NCBI GenBank assembly: GCA_023145835.1
Contig: JAGLDH010000019.1
Span: forward strand, 1 to 64,000
DNA length: 64,000 nt
Direction: 5' to 3'
From: Methylococcales bacterium
GTDB taxonomy: Bacteria; Pseudomonadota; Gammaproteobacteria; Methylococcales; Methylomonadaceae
The position numbers were made by a program, and so were the translations under genes. The first letter of the stretch is position 1, and each line of letters opens with the position of its first letter. Below, piece after piece: positions 52,097 through 62,577 of this stretch. Below the pieces are notes generated by a model. It was given only the letters and a program-made list of their open reading frames with translations, did no database searches and was not told the DNA's origin.

Positions 52097-53344
52097 ATGG
52101 ACTACTTTAATTACAAAAATAACACTCTATTTGCAGAGGATGTCGCTGTTGAAGATATTATTGCTCAGCATGGATCCCCCTGCTATATCTATTCCCGAGC
52201 TACTTTTGAAAAACACTGGAATGCTTTTGACCAAGCCTTCGGCAAACACCCTCATTTAATTTGTTATTCTGTAAAAGCCAATTCAAATATTGCTATCCTC
52301 AATGTACTAGCTCGATTAGGCTCTGGGTTTGATATCGTCTCATTAGGTGAGCTAGAGAGAGTGCTGACAGCCGAGGGAGACCCTAAAAAAATTATTTTTT
52401 CTGGTGTAGGTAAACGGGAAGATGAAATTATCGCTGCACTAAAAATGGGTATCCGATGTTTTAATATTGAGGTAAGTGGCGAGCTAGATCGAATAAATCA
52501 ACTAGCTGGGCAACTAGGCGTTATTGCTCCTGTTTCTTTTCGTGTCAACCCTGATGTCGATGCAAAAACACACCCTTATATATCAACAGGACTTAAAGAA
52601 AATAAATTTGGCATTGCTATTCAACAAGCGCTATCTGAATATCGTCGTGCAGCCAAAATGGATAACATAAAAATTATTGGGATAGATTGCCATATCGGTT
52701 CACAATTAACAGAAACTGCCCCTTTTTTAGCCGCACTAGAAAAAGTTCTTGATATTATCAATACTTTACAACAAGATGGTATTAAGTTACATCATATTGA
52801 TTTAGGAGGAGGGCTGGGGATTCGTTATCAAAATGAGCAACCACCAGAACCTGCAGAATATGTAGCTGCTATTTTAAAACGATTACGAACGACTGATTAT
52901 GAAATAGCATTAGAACCAGGTAGAGCTATTGCAGGTAACGCGGGTATATTGATTACTCGAGTTGAATATTTAAAACCAACTGAGCATAAAAATTTTGCTA
53001 TTGTTGATGCTGCGATGAATGATTTAGTTCGGCCTTCTTTATATAGTGCTTGGCAAGATATTATTCCGGTCAACAGAGAAAGCTCCTCTTCTGAAATGAA
53101 ATGGGACATCGTTGGCCCTGTCTGTGAAACAGGCGATTTTTTAGGAAAAGATCGTACTCTTAGTTTAGCGCCCAATGATTTATTAGCTATTCGATCATCT
53201 GGAGCTTATGGCTTTAGTATGAGTTCTAACTATAACTCAAGGCCACGCACTGCTGAAATTATGGTTGATGGTGATAAAATACATGTTATTAGAGAAAGAG
53301 AAACCATTCCTCAACTATGGGCAGGGGAAAAATTAATACCTTAG
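52097..53344 (+). CDS. lysA: diaminopimelate decarboxylase
   Basis: PLP site 'ICYSVKANSN', 'GGGLGI', 'EPGRAI', C-terminal 'CETGD'; 415 aa. Confidence 0.9.
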   Translation: MDYFNYKNNTLFAEDVAVEDIIAQHGSPCYIYSRATFEKHWNAFDQAFGKHPHLICYSVKANSNIAILNVLARLGSGFDIVSLGELERVLTAEGDPKKIIFSGVGKREDEIIAALKMGIRCFNIEVSGELDRINQLAGQLGVIAPVSFRVNPDVDAKTHPYISTGLKENKFGIAIQQALSEYRRAAKMDNIKIIGIDCHIGSQLTETAPFLAALEKVLDIINTLQQDGIKLHHIDLGGGLGIRYQNEQPPEPAEYVAAILKRLRTTDYEIALEPGRAIAGNAGILITRVEYLKPTEHKNFAIVDAAMNDLVRPSLYSAWQDIIPVNRESSSSEMKWDIVGPVCETGDFLGKDRTLSLAPNDLLAIRSSGAYGFSMSSNYNSRPRTAEIMVDGDKIHVIRERETIPQLWAGEKLIP

Positions 53345-53349
53345 ATAAA

Positions 53350-54180
53350 ATGATCAACTTCACAAAAATGCATGGTTTAGGTAATGATTTTGTTGTTATC
53401 AATGCGATTAATCAATCTATCTCTCTATCAACTGAACAAATTCAGTTGATGGCAGATAGGAACTTGGGCATAGGCTTCGATCAACTTTTACTTATTGAAA
53501 GCCCAATCAGTGACAATGCCGATTTTAAATACCGCATTTTTAATGCGGATGGAAATGAGGTTTCACAATGTGGCAATGGTGCCAGATGTTTTGCTCGATT
53601 TGTACGTGATAAAAAATTATCTAACAAAAATGCAATTTGGGTTGATACCAATGCAGGACAATTGGTATTAACCTTTGATAATGATAGCCTTATTACTGTT
53701 AACATGGGGGTTCCTAGACACTCTCCTAGAGATATCCCTATAAAAGCTGATCAAGAAGCTCATTTTTATACAGTTCCTGTCAATAATACTGAGAAAGCCT
53801 TTGGGGCAGTATCTCTGGGTAATCCGCATGCCGTAATACAAGTACATGATATTAATTCAGCTCCTGTTTCTGACTTAGGAAAATCATTAGAAAGTCATCC
53901 TTTTTTTCCAGAACGAGCTAATATTGGTTTTATGCAAATAATTAATCGGCAGCACATTAAACTTCGTGTTTATGAGCGTGGTGCAGCTGAAACATTAGCC
54001 TGTGGTAGCGGAGCATGCGCTGCAGTAATAATAGGCATCGAACAAAATTTACTCGATAAAGAAAATATCTGTGTAGAACTGCCAGGCGGAAAATTACTAA
54101 TAACCTGGCCTGGTCGAGGCCATCCAGTATTAATGAAAGGCCCGGCAGTTTCTGTTTTTGAAGGACAAATAAACCTATGA
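53350..54180 (+). CDS. dapF: diaminopimelate epimerase
   Basis: 'FTKMHGLGNDFVVI', catalytic Cys motifs 'CGNGARC' and 'CGSGACA'. Confidence 0.9.
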   Translation: MINFTKMHGLGNDFVVINAINQSISLSTEQIQLMADRNLGIGFDQLLLIESPISDNADFKYRIFNADGNEVSQCGNGARCFARFVRDKKLSNKNAIWVDTNAGQLVLTFDNDSLITVNMGVPRHSPRDIPIKADQEAHFYTVPVNNTEKAFGAVSLGNPHAVIQVHDINSAPVSDLGKSLESHPFFPERANIGFMQIINRQHIKLRVYERGAAETLACGSGACAAVIIGIEQNLLDKENICVELPGGKLLITWPGRGHPVLMKGPAVSVFEGQINL

Positions 54181-54884
54181 GCAATGTAAAACCATTAAAA
54201 GATAATATAGATCCGTATCACCTCAGCTCACAACAAGTTGAAAACTACTTACAGAAACATCCTGAATTTTTTCATGATCATTTAGACTTACTTGAGAGTA
54301 TGTTCATCCCTCATCCCAGTGGTAGTGCTGTTTCTTTAATTTCCAAACAACTAGAAATATTTAGAAGCAAGCATCATTATCAAGAAGACCAACTCATAGA
54401 CCTAATTGAAATTGCTAAAGAAAATGATACTTCTTCCAATCGAATGCACGAGCTGGCACTTGCATTGATTGAAGCAAAAACGATTAAAGAACTTGTTTCT
54501 AACCTAGATAAAGTATTTGCCGACTGTTTTTTAACTGATTTTACTGCTATTCGTATTATTAAAGATAATGTTCCTCCTCCAGTTAGCAAAGTCTTTGTTA
54601 AATCTAATAATAAAAAATTGATTCATTTTGAAAAGGAACTTACAACTAATAAATCAACATGCGGTTATCCGACATTAGCTCAAGCTAAATTTTTATTTGG
54701 AAGCAATGTTGCTCCAGAAGTAAAATCTTGTGCCATTATTCCAATGTCTTTTACCAAACTAGATGGCCTTATAGCTATTGGTAGTCGAGACGAAAAGCGT
54801 TTCCATTACAACATGGGAAACTTATTCCTAACCCAAATGAGCGAAGTCATTGGAACTCGTCTAATTAGCCTTTTATCCAACTAG
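54177..54884 (+). CDS. yigA: DUF484 (YigA) family protein
   Basis: Position between dapF and xerC; 'VENYLQKHPEFF' N-terminus typical of YigA; 4-bp overlap with dapF. Confidence 0.7.
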   Translation: MSNVKPLKDNIDPYHLSSQQVENYLQKHPEFFHDHLDLLESMFIPHPSGSAVSLISKQLEIFRSKHHYQEDQLIDLIEIAKENDTSSNRMHELALALIEAKTIKELVSNLDKVFADCFLTDFTAIRIIKDNVPPPVSKVFVKSNNKKLIHFEKELTTNKSTCGYPTLAQAKFLFGSNVAPEVKSCAIIPMSFTKLDGLIAIGSRDEKRFHYNMGNLFLTQMSEVIGTRLISLLSN

Positions 54885-54993
54885 CCTTTGACAAAGGCTT
54901 GGCTAGTTCACTTTGAAGAGCAGGTTTCAACTTGCTATGATTCAATGTAAAAATTTCAAGCTGAAAAGCCTCTAAGTTGTTAAACTAATTAAC

Positions 54994-55902
54994 ATGAACC
55001 CTGATGCACAATTGGCACTTTCAGCTTTTTTCCAATACTTGAAGATAGAAAAAAGAGCCTCTGAACACACATTAAAAAGCTATCAACGTGATATCAAACA
55101 ATTAACAAACTATCTATTAAACAAACAGCTATCAAACTGGACATCAGTTAAGCCACTAGATATTCGCCACCATATAGCCAGTCGACATAGAAGTGGCATC
55201 AGTAGCAAATCGTTACAAAGAGAACTTTCAGCAATACGTAGCTTTTACAATTATCTACTCAAAAAACATCTCATTGATAGCAATCCTGCTAAACACATCC
55301 ATGCGCCAAAACAGGAGCGAAAGCTACCAAAAGTATTGGATGTTGACCAAGTTTTCGGCATTTTAGAGGCTACTCCAGATTCACCCTTAGAAATCCGTGA
55401 TTTAGCAATGTTTGAGCTATTTTACTCATCAGGACTACGCTTGAGTGAATTGGCTAATTTAAACTTGGCAGACATAGATATTACCGAAGGATTCCTTCGA
55501 GTTAGGTTCGGTAAGGGTGGAAAACAAAGGGACTTACCTATTGGAAGCAAAGCTATTGCAGCTATTAAAAAATGGCTCACCTATCGTCCAGAAACAATAG
55601 ATGAAGCCCTTTTTACTTCTAATAAAGGTCTTCGTTTAGGACAACGTAGTATTCAGCTTCGGTTAGACCGGTGGTGTAAAAAAATTGGATTACCAGAGCA
55701 TGTCCACCCTCATATGTTAAGACATTCTTTTGCTAGTCATTTGTTGGAATCCAGTCAAGATATTAGAGCAATTCAAGATTTATTAGGTCATAGCAACCTC
55801 AGCACCACTCAAATATATACTCACTTGGATTTTCAACACCTCGCTGAAGTTTATGATAAAGCTCACCCAAAGGCTAAAAAGAAGAAATTCTCATCTAAAT
55901 AA
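54994..55902 (+). CDS. xerC: site-specific tyrosine recombinase XerC
   Basis: Catalytic 'HMLRHSFASHLL', 'LGHSNLSTTQIYTHL'; conserved dapF-yigA-xerC synteny. Confidence 0.85.
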   Translation: MNPDAQLALSAFFQYLKIEKRASEHTLKSYQRDIKQLTNYLLNKQLSNWTSVKPLDIRHHIASRHRSGISSKSLQRELSAIRSFYNYLLKKHLIDSNPAKHIHAPKQERKLPKVLDVDQVFGILEATPDSPLEIRDLAMFELFYSSGLRLSELANLNLADIDITEGFLRVRFGKGGKQRDLPIGSKAIAAIKKWLTYRPETIDEALFTSNKGLRLGQRSIQLRLDRWCKKIGLPEHVHPHMLRHSFASHLLESSQDIRAIQDLLGHSNLSTTQIYTHLDFQHLAEVYDKAHPKAKKKKFSSK

Positions 55903-56120
55903 GAATTAGTTTTCCTGGCTAAATTAGTCATGTCATACTCAATAGATAATCTCTGTTAAATCATTACACATCTTCTCTAAGTTAGCTGATTAAAACCTTA
56001 GTTTTTTCACAATTTTTCAAATTCAAGTCTAAACTTAATAAAATATAAAATATCCCAATTAAACAAAAATTAGGATAGCAAGACTTAATCTTTGCAAAGA
56101 CCTATTTTTTGGAGAAACTC

Positions 56121-58139
56121 ATGATAACAGCACCAGCAACAGCTCTAATGAATCAATTTAGCTGTTCAAAGAAAATGCTTATTATTTCACTCGCATTTAT
56201 CACCCCACTATTGATTACAATTTATTTACTGATTAGCGAACAATTGATTTCTATTAAGTTTGCTAAAAAAGAACTCATAGGGATTGAATATATCACCCCT
56301 CTTAGACAACTTATTCAACATCTTCCAGAGCATAGGGGCATGTCTAATGCTTATTTATCGGGGAATGAAAGCTTTCAGCCAAAAATACTTACTAAAAGAA
56401 GACAATTAGCAGATGATATTCGTCTAATTGATGAAATAAATCAACGCCTTGGAAAAGAACTTGGCACATCATCCCAATGGGATACTTTTAAATCTAATTG
56501 GCTTCGTTTAGAATCAGAAACATTGAGTGGCTCAACAAAAGAGATCTTTAGTAAACATACTAAATTAATATCTGATGTGTTATATCTGATTCAACATTCT
56601 AGTGACACATCTAACTTAACACTAGACCCAGAACTAGATAGCTATTATATAAAAGAAGCTATTGTCACGTTACTTCCTCATGTAGTCGAAAACATAGGTC
56701 AAGCTAGAGGAATAGCAACAGGACTTGCTGCAAAACAATCAATTTCTACAGAAGAAAGTATCAAATTAGCATCATTACTTTCGGCAGTTCAAAAAAATAT
56801 TAATACATTTAAACATGGTATGCAGGTATTGAGACAATCTAATATTGAGCTATCAAAAAAAATTGACACTCAAGTTAGCCAAACAATTTCTGCATCAGAA
56901 AACTATTTACAATTCCTTAATAAGGAAGTTTTAAATACGACTAATATAACTATTAACCCTTCAACTGTTTTTTCTAACGGTACAGATACGATTAAAGCTA
57001 ATTTTAATATTTTAGATACTCTTATTCCTGAATTAACCTCTTTGTTAGAACTAAGAATTCAAGGTCTGTATAACAAAATGATATTTTTTCTTATCATAGT
57101 TATCAGTAATGCTTTATTAGCTATTTATTTATTTTCTGGTTTTTATCAATCTTTAATTTCCGCAATTGAAAAACTAAAAACGACGTCTAGTTCAATGGCT
57201 TCAGGAGATATTACGTCACGAATACACTTAGATAACAAAGATGAGTTTACTGAATTAGCTATGTCTTTTAATTCTATGGCTGACCAATTTTCTGATATTC
57301 TCAGACAACTAGATTCATCAATAGTGACACTAGCATCATCGTCAAAACAAATGTCTACAACAAGTCTCAATACATCTCAAGGAATAAAGCATCAACAAGA
57401 ACAAATTGAGCAAGTTGCAAGTGCAATGAACCAGATGGCATCTACCGTAAAAGAAGTTGCAAACAGTGCAGGCGAAACAGCATTAGCGACACAAAAAGCT
57501 CATAGCACCGCAGAAAAAGGACAAGAGTTATCAGATAATACAAGTCTAATCATTAGCTCCTTATCTAAGGAGATCGATACAGCAACTCAAGTAGTACAAG
57601 ATTTAGCTGATGACAGTGAAAAAATTGGTCACGTTTTAGGTGTTATTCAAAGCATTGCAGAACAAACAAACCTGCTTGCATTAAATGCTGCGATTGAAGC
57701 TGCTCGAGCAGGAGAGAATGGCCGCGGATTTGCTGTTGTTGCTGATGAAGTTAGAACCTTAGCAAGCCGAACACACGATTCTACAAAAGAAATCCAAACA
57801 GTAATCGAACATCTACAATCTGGAACAGAGAAAGCTGTTGAAGTAATGCTTGAAGGTAAAAAATGCTCAGAAGAGACCGTTAGAGAGACAAATAAGCAAA
57901 ATAGCTTTCTTGATGAAATCATTTCATCCATTATAACTATTGACGACATGGCGACTCATATAGCAAGCGCCTCTAAAGAACAGTCTATTGTTGCTGATGA
58001 AATGAGCCAAAATATCAGTAATATTAGTCAAGTTACCGAACAGTCATCACAAGGTTCAGCTGAAATCAATAAAAATAGTGAAAACCTAGCTAGCTTGGCC
58101 TCTTCTATTCAAGAGTTGATTCATCAATTTAAAACCTAA
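56121..58139 (+). CDS. methyl-accepting chemotaxis protein with N-terminal periplasmic sensor (NIT/PilJ-like), HAMP and MCP signalling domains
   Basis: HAMP '[31 protein letters not shown]'; highly conserved MCP hairpin '[33 protein letters not shown]'; ATG 56121 preceded by 'ggaga'. Confidence 0.85.
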   Translation: MITAPATALMNQFSCSKKMLIISLAFITPLLITIYLLISEQLISIKFAKKELIGIEYITPLRQLIQHLPEHRGMSNAYLSGNESFQPKILTKRRQLADDIRLIDEINQRLGKELGTSSQWDTFKSNWLRLESETLSGSTKEIFSKHTKLISDVLYLIQHSSDTSNLTLDPELDSYYIKEAIVTLLPHVVENIGQARGIATGLAAKQSISTEESIKLASLLSAVQKNINTFKHGMQVLRQSNIELSKKIDTQVSQTISASENYLQFLNKEVLNTTNITINPSTVFSNGTDTIKANFNILDTLIPELTSLLELRIQGLYNKMIFFLIIVISNALLAIYLFSGFYQSLISAIEKLKTTSSSMASGDITSRIHLDNKDEFTELAMSFNSMADQFSDILRQLDSSIVTLASSSKQMSTTSLNTSQGIKHQQEQIEQVASAMNQMASTVKEVANSAGETALATQKAHSTAEKGQELSDNTSLIISSLSKEIDTATQVVQDLADDSEKIGHVLGVIQSIAEQTNLLALNAAIEAARAGENGRGFAVVADEVRTLASRTHDSTKEIQTVIEHLQSGTEKAVEVMLEGKKCSEETVRETNKQNSFLDEIISSIITIDDMATHIASASKEQSIVADEMSQNISNISQVTEQSSQGSAEINKNSENLASLASSIQELIHQFKT

Positions 58140-58423
58140 CTCTCTCCAATCTCCTATATTTATAAGAAAATTAGAAGGTTAGATTTACTACCAAATTATT
58201 GACGAAGCAAGTAAAAAATAACCATTGAACGACTCACAACCAAAGTTCAATCTTCGCATCTCTCTTTTCATTATTTGTAATATAATGGTTCACCCTTTCA
58301 CCCCCTAAGTCTTTTTCACTTTGATAGACCATACCCTTAGGGATTGATAGGCCATATAATTATAATAACTATTTTAACGCCGACTATATTGAATAGACTG
58401 GTGTTTTTTAAGAGGAAAAATCA

Positions 58424-59188
58424 ATGTGTTGGAGTGGAGAAGCATCAGCTGTTTTAGCTGTCGCAGGCTTAGGTACTGCTGCCTATGTTGCATACAAGGG
58501 TGAATCAAAGGAACTATGGATCCCATTAACATACTTTGCCTTAATGGAATTATTACAAGCGGCCACCTATGTCTACATTGATTTATGTGACAACCCAAAT
58601 AACCAAGTGCTCACACTCTTTGGCTATTTACATGTCGCTTTTCAACCATTCTTCGTCAATATGGTTGCAATGTATTTTATTCCAGAGAGCGTCAAATTTA
58701 AAATACAAACCGTCGTTTACACACTTTGTTCAATTAGCACAATCGCTATGCTGGTTAAGCTATATCCTTTCGCCTGGGCAGGTGATTGTACTGTTGGTGT
58801 TGAAGGTTTTTGTGGCCTTCAAGCATGTTCAGTTTCTGGAGACTGGCATATTGCATGGCAATTACCCCTTAATGGCCTCATGTCCTCCCCTGTTGACTGG
58901 CTATTTGGTTTTGAATGGGGACTTCATGTCTTTGCCTATGCCTTAGCGGCCTTTTATTTACCTTTTATTTATGGTTCTTGGCGCTTTGTTAGCTTCCATT
59001 ATTTAATTGGCCCACTTATTTCTGATATTACGACCGATGACCCCAATGAATATGCCGCCGTTTGGTGTTTATTCTCAATTGCACTTTGTGTATCCGTCAT
59101 TAAAACACCGATTAGAAAATATTTGCATGTCAAAAAATGGCTTTTTTATCCCCAACCAATAGAGGAAAATAATAGTCACAAAAAATAA
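58424..59188 (+). CDS. hypothetical polytopic membrane protein, Cys/aromatic-rich
   Basis: 254 aa, ~6 TM helices, no recognised motif. Confidence 0.4.
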   Translation: MCWSGEASAVLAVAGLGTAAYVAYKGESKELWIPLTYFALMELLQAATYVYIDLCDNPNNQVLTLFGYLHVAFQPFFVNMVAMYFIPESVKFKIQTVVYTLCSISTIAMLVKLYPFAWAGDCTVGVEGFCGLQACSVSGDWHIAWQLPLNGLMSSPVDWLFGFEWGLHVFAYALAAFYLPFIYGSWRFVSFHYLIGPLISDITTDDPNEYAAVWCLFSIALCVSVIKTPIRKYLHVKKWLFYPQPIEENNSHKK

Positions 59189-59331
59189 ATCATTATCGAT
59201 TAACTGAAGGAATTTATACTTATAAATTTTCTTCAGTTTGATTCATCCTCACCAACTTATTATTCATTACACTAACTGTAATATATTTTACTTTTATATA
59301 TCGCGCTTTACACAAAGCTGAATAAATTAAT

Positions 59332-60249
59332 ATGCCTTATTTAGAACCGAATAAAGACTACAGAGACGATACATTAAGAAAAAACACCAAATTATCAGCA
59401 GATGAACTTAAAGCTGATGCAGAAAAACATTATGATGATTGTTATCGAGATTATTTATTTGCTTGGTGTAATAAAGAAAACTTAGCGTTACATTATGGCT
59501 ATTGGGATAAAGATACAACATCTCACCACCAGGCTTTAGTTAATAAAAATCAAGTGCTATATGAGGCTGCTGACATACAACCAACTCACCATGTTTTAGA
59601 TGCAGGCTGTGGAATTGGCGGTAGTACTATTTGGATGGCAAAACAACATGGAAATCAAGTTACCGCCATCACTATTAGTCAACAACAAGCAGTCTATGCT
59701 GCCCAGCATTCTAAAAGACAAGGAACTTCAGAGAGAACTACTTTTGAAGTCTCTGATTTTTGTAACACCCCTTTTGAAGATGCCTCTTTTGATGTAATTT
59801 GGGGACTAGAAAGTGTTTGCCACGCTTTGAATAAAGGTGATTTTTTAAAAGAAGCCTTTCGATTATTACGACCTGGTGGCAGACTTGTTATTTGTGATGG
59901 TTTTATTTTACGTAGAGAATTTTCAGATGATGAGTGGGAAGATATCGTTACATGCCTAAATGGATGGGCTGTACCCAACCTATGCTCTCGCGTTGGTTTT
60001 ACTCAATTGCTAGAAGATAATCAATTTCAAGAGATTACTTTTAAAGATATTACTGCAGAAACCCTACCTTCTGCCGATTATATGTTTAAAGTCGCCAATC
60101 GTCTAAAACCAGTTCAAAAAATAACTCAATGGTTAGGTTTACGAAGCAAAGCCCAAACAGCTAATTTTAAAGTTGGAATTGCTCAACACCGCTTATTCAA
60201 AGATAAATTGGTTGAATACGGAATTTTTACGGCAACGAAACCTAAATAA
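59332..60249 (+). CDS. class I SAM-dependent methyltransferase
   Basis: Motif I 'VLDAGCGIGGS', post-I acidic 'TAITIS', motif II 'FDVIWGLES'; 305 aa. Confidence 0.7.
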   Translation: MPYLEPNKDYRDDTLRKNTKLSADELKADAEKHYDDCYRDYLFAWCNKENLALHYGYWDKDTTSHHQALVNKNQVLYEAADIQPTHHVLDAGCGIGGSTIWMAKQHGNQVTAITISQQQAVYAAQHSKRQGTSERTTFEVSDFCNTPFEDASFDVIWGLESVCHALNKGDFLKEAFRLLRPGGRLVICDGFILRREFSDDEWEDIVTCLNGWAVPNLCSRVGFTQLLEDNQFQEITFKDITAETLPSADYMFKVANRLKPVQKITQWLGLRSKAQTANFKVGIAQHRLFKDKLVEYGIFTATKPK

Positions 60250-60298
60250 TTAAAAAGAAATGTAAGATTTCGTCTTTTGAATAATATGAATGCCGTTG

Positions 60299-61060
60299 CT
60301 ATTGTACTTCTTTCTTTTCCAACCCCAAAAATGTAATGACCTTTGAGAATGCGTTCAATACAGGAACAGCACAGACTATAGCAACAGCATCAACTAGACA
60401 ATACCAAGCAGCAACGCCACTGGGTGGATTGCCTTGAGTTAATGTGGAAGCAGGGTCAATTGCAGCCCAATTCCAAGTACCTAGCGAAGTCCCGATTAAC
60501 TCGACCCAAGTCGTAATAAAAAAGGCCCCCAAATACACCATAGGCGATCGCCCCTTAAACAAATAAAGCAAATAGATAAAAAATAAAATCGTACCAATTT
60601 CATCTTTTCGGCCAATAATTTCAGTCAATGCCAAAACTGACCATATTCCACCGACTAAAACTACAAAAACAGTAATTTTTCGAGCATATTTTAAAAATAA
60701 ATCTGTGCGTCCCAATACCACCGCCGTCAAATATACAATTCCATGTCCTGGCGGAACAAATGCAGGAACATTTTCTAGCCTATAGGTATAACCAGCCATA
60801 AAAATAGAAGCAAAATTTTCTCCTATCGTTGCAAATGTGACCGCAATAAATACTTGTGCTCGAACATATTTACATTCTCCCAGTATTAAGAATATTAGAG
60901 ATGCCCAACCCGCAACACCTAATGCATATTGCAACTCTAGACTCGCAACAGAATCAATTAAAAAGCAAAGCGTGACTGCTGAAAAAGCAAATGCCACTAT
61001 AAAGTAATCTCTTTTTTTATGATTTACTTCTATATCTATTGGGGGGAAATATTTTAACAT
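60299..61060 (-). CDS. hypothetical polytopic membrane protein
   Basis: 253 aa, ~7 TM helices. Confidence 0.4.
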   Translation of the reverse strand: MLKYFPPIDIEVNHKKRDYFIVAFAFSAVTLCFLIDSVASLELQYALGVAGWASLIFLILGECKYVRAQVFIAVTFATIGENFASIFMAGYTYRLENVPAFVPPGHGIVYLTAVVLGRTDLFLKYARKITVFVVLVGGIWSVLALTEIIGRKDEIGTILFFIYLLYLFKGRSPMVYLGAFFITTWVELIGTSLGTWNWAAIDPASTLTQGNPPSGVAAWYCLVDAVAIVCAVPVLNAFSKVITFLGLEKKEVQ

Positions 61061-61202
61061 TTAAATTCCTGTTCTTTACTTAAAGTGATCGTAGTACTAA
61101 CTTCAATTCGTAATATTGGACACAGTAAGCTAACAATTATTATTTATAACAGACTAGAGTCTGATTACAGAATACGTCATAACACCATAGGCTAAGCTAA
61201 GT

Positions 61203-61628
61203 TTAAATAAAAACGTACGCTACAAATGCATACCTTATTGCTTTTCCAAAAAATATTATGACACTTGATAGTAAAAGAGGGAGTTTTAACCACCCTCCAG
61301 CAAAACATAAACCATCACCTATAACTGGCAACCATGAAAAAAATAATATCCAGCTTCCCCAGCGTTTAATGAGATGAAGTGATTTTTGTTTTTTCTCAGA
61401 AAGCAATTCTTCTGCTGGGAATTTTTTTGCTGCTAAGCTACCAAGAAACCATGTAGTTAATGCTCCAAGTGTATTACCTACCGTAGCAATAATTACCAGT
61501 TGCTCTACATTAAACTGTCTTTCCGACACCATATAAGCAAGTACAGCTTCTGACCCTCCTGGTGCTATCGTCGATGAAATAAATGCACTGACGAACAGTC
61601 CAAATACTCCAACAGCCTCTTCTTTCAT
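61203..61628 (-). CDS. YqaA/DedA-related small membrane protein
   Basis: 141 aa, 'GGSEAVLAYM' and 'FFSWLPVIGDGLCFAGGWLKL' typical of the YqaA family. Confidence 0.65.
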   Translation of the reverse strand: MKEEAVGVFGLFVSAFISSTIAPGGSEAVLAYMVSERQFNVEQLVIIATVGNTLGALTTWFLGSLAAKKFPAEELLSEKKQKSLHLIKRWGSWILFFSWLPVIGDGLCFAGGWLKLPLLLSSVIIFFGKAIRYAFVAYVFI

Positions 61629-61642
61629 TTTCTTTTTCCCAT

Positions 61643-61681
61643 AAAAAAACCCCTGAAATCGTTAGATTTCAGGGGTTTTTT
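61643..61681. terminator. bidirectional intrinsic terminator
   Basis: 'aaaaaaa-cccctgaaatc-gtta-gatttcagggg-tttttt': GC-rich 11-bp stem flanked by A-run and T-run. Confidence 0.65.
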
Positions 61682-61692
61682 GGTTATTATCT

Positions 61693-62577
61693 TTATTTGT
61701 CAGGAAGATCAATCGACTTTTTTGAAGAAACTAAGCCCGTTAATTTTTTCACCATTTTAACAATCAGCCCTATTCCTTGAGCTAACATTTCAAAAATAGC
61801 ACTGACAATTTCACCAGCTCCCATGCCTTTAAATTTACGTGCTAGAAGTGGAGCAAGTAATAAGCCAGCAGCTAATCCAATAATTGTTACACCAGAAATA
61901 ATGGGTTCCTTTTCTACAATAACGTTACCATCTTTATCTTTCTTTATTGTAGCAGGAGGAGTCACTGCTGCCGCTACCTCAGGTATACTATTACTGTAAT
62001 CATCTTGAATTACTTGTGCTGTTACTCCTGGAATACTAGGTAAATCACCACTACCTTTACCAATTTTCAACTGCCCTTTCATTCCTTTTTCCATATGCTG
62101 AGAAATATCGCAGTGTATTAGATAAGTTTTGTCATTTGGTGGAAAAATCAACGTACCAGAAATTTTACCTGGCCCCGTTAATTCCATATGAAACATACCT
62201 TTTGGATATAAATACTTAGGTAAACCATGCATCATCCATTGATGACGAATATTGTCGTCATTAACAAAATTAATGGTTAATTTTGTACACGGTTTAAACT
62301 GATATTCCTGTGTATCAAAAGCAAACATAGTACCCGGAAATTTTTCAGAATATTTATGTCCTGCATGTACTGTAATTTCTTCGGTTGCCGCAATTTTGTC
62401 ACATCCTCCAGGCAAAGTATCCGTATTCTGCCCCATGATCATGCCACCATCCATATCCATAAAATGGCCATCTCCATGATCCATTAAATTTGTATGATCT
62501 AAAAACTCCTTTTCAGCAAATGCAGGTATAGAAACAGCTAACGAAATTACTGCACTTAATAATATTTTACGAATCAT
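61693..62577 (-). CDS. Met/His-rich cupredoxin-like copper-binding protein with C-terminal membrane anchor
   Basis: Signal peptide; 'HTNLMDHGDGHFMDMDGGMIMG' Met/His-rich; type-1-Cu-like 'YLIHCDISQHMEKGM' (Cys-x4-His-x4-Met); TM 'GVTIIGLAAGLLLAPLLA'; 4-bp overlap with MCO gene. Confidence 0.55.
   Translation of the reverse strand: MIRKILLSAVISLAVSIPAFAEKEFLDHTNLMDHGDGHFMDMDGGMIMGQNTDTLPGGCDKIAATEEITVHAGHKYSEKFPGTMFAFDTQEYQFKPCTKLTINFVNDDNIRHQWMMHGLPKYLYPKGMFHMELTGPGKISGTLIFPPNDKTYLIHCDISQHMEKGMKGQLKIGKGSGDLPSIPGVTAQVIQDDYSNSIPEVAAAVTPPATIKKDKDGNVIVEKEPIISGVTIIGLAAGLLLAPLLARKFKGMGAGEIVSAIFEMLAQGIGLIVKMVKKLTGLVSSKKSIDLPDK

Noticed and set aside
54994-55902. Tyrosine recombinase as marker of a prophage or integrative element
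   Set aside because: Conserved dapF-yigA-xerC housekeeping synteny; no attachment-site repeats, tRNA or phage genes nearby, so this is XerC
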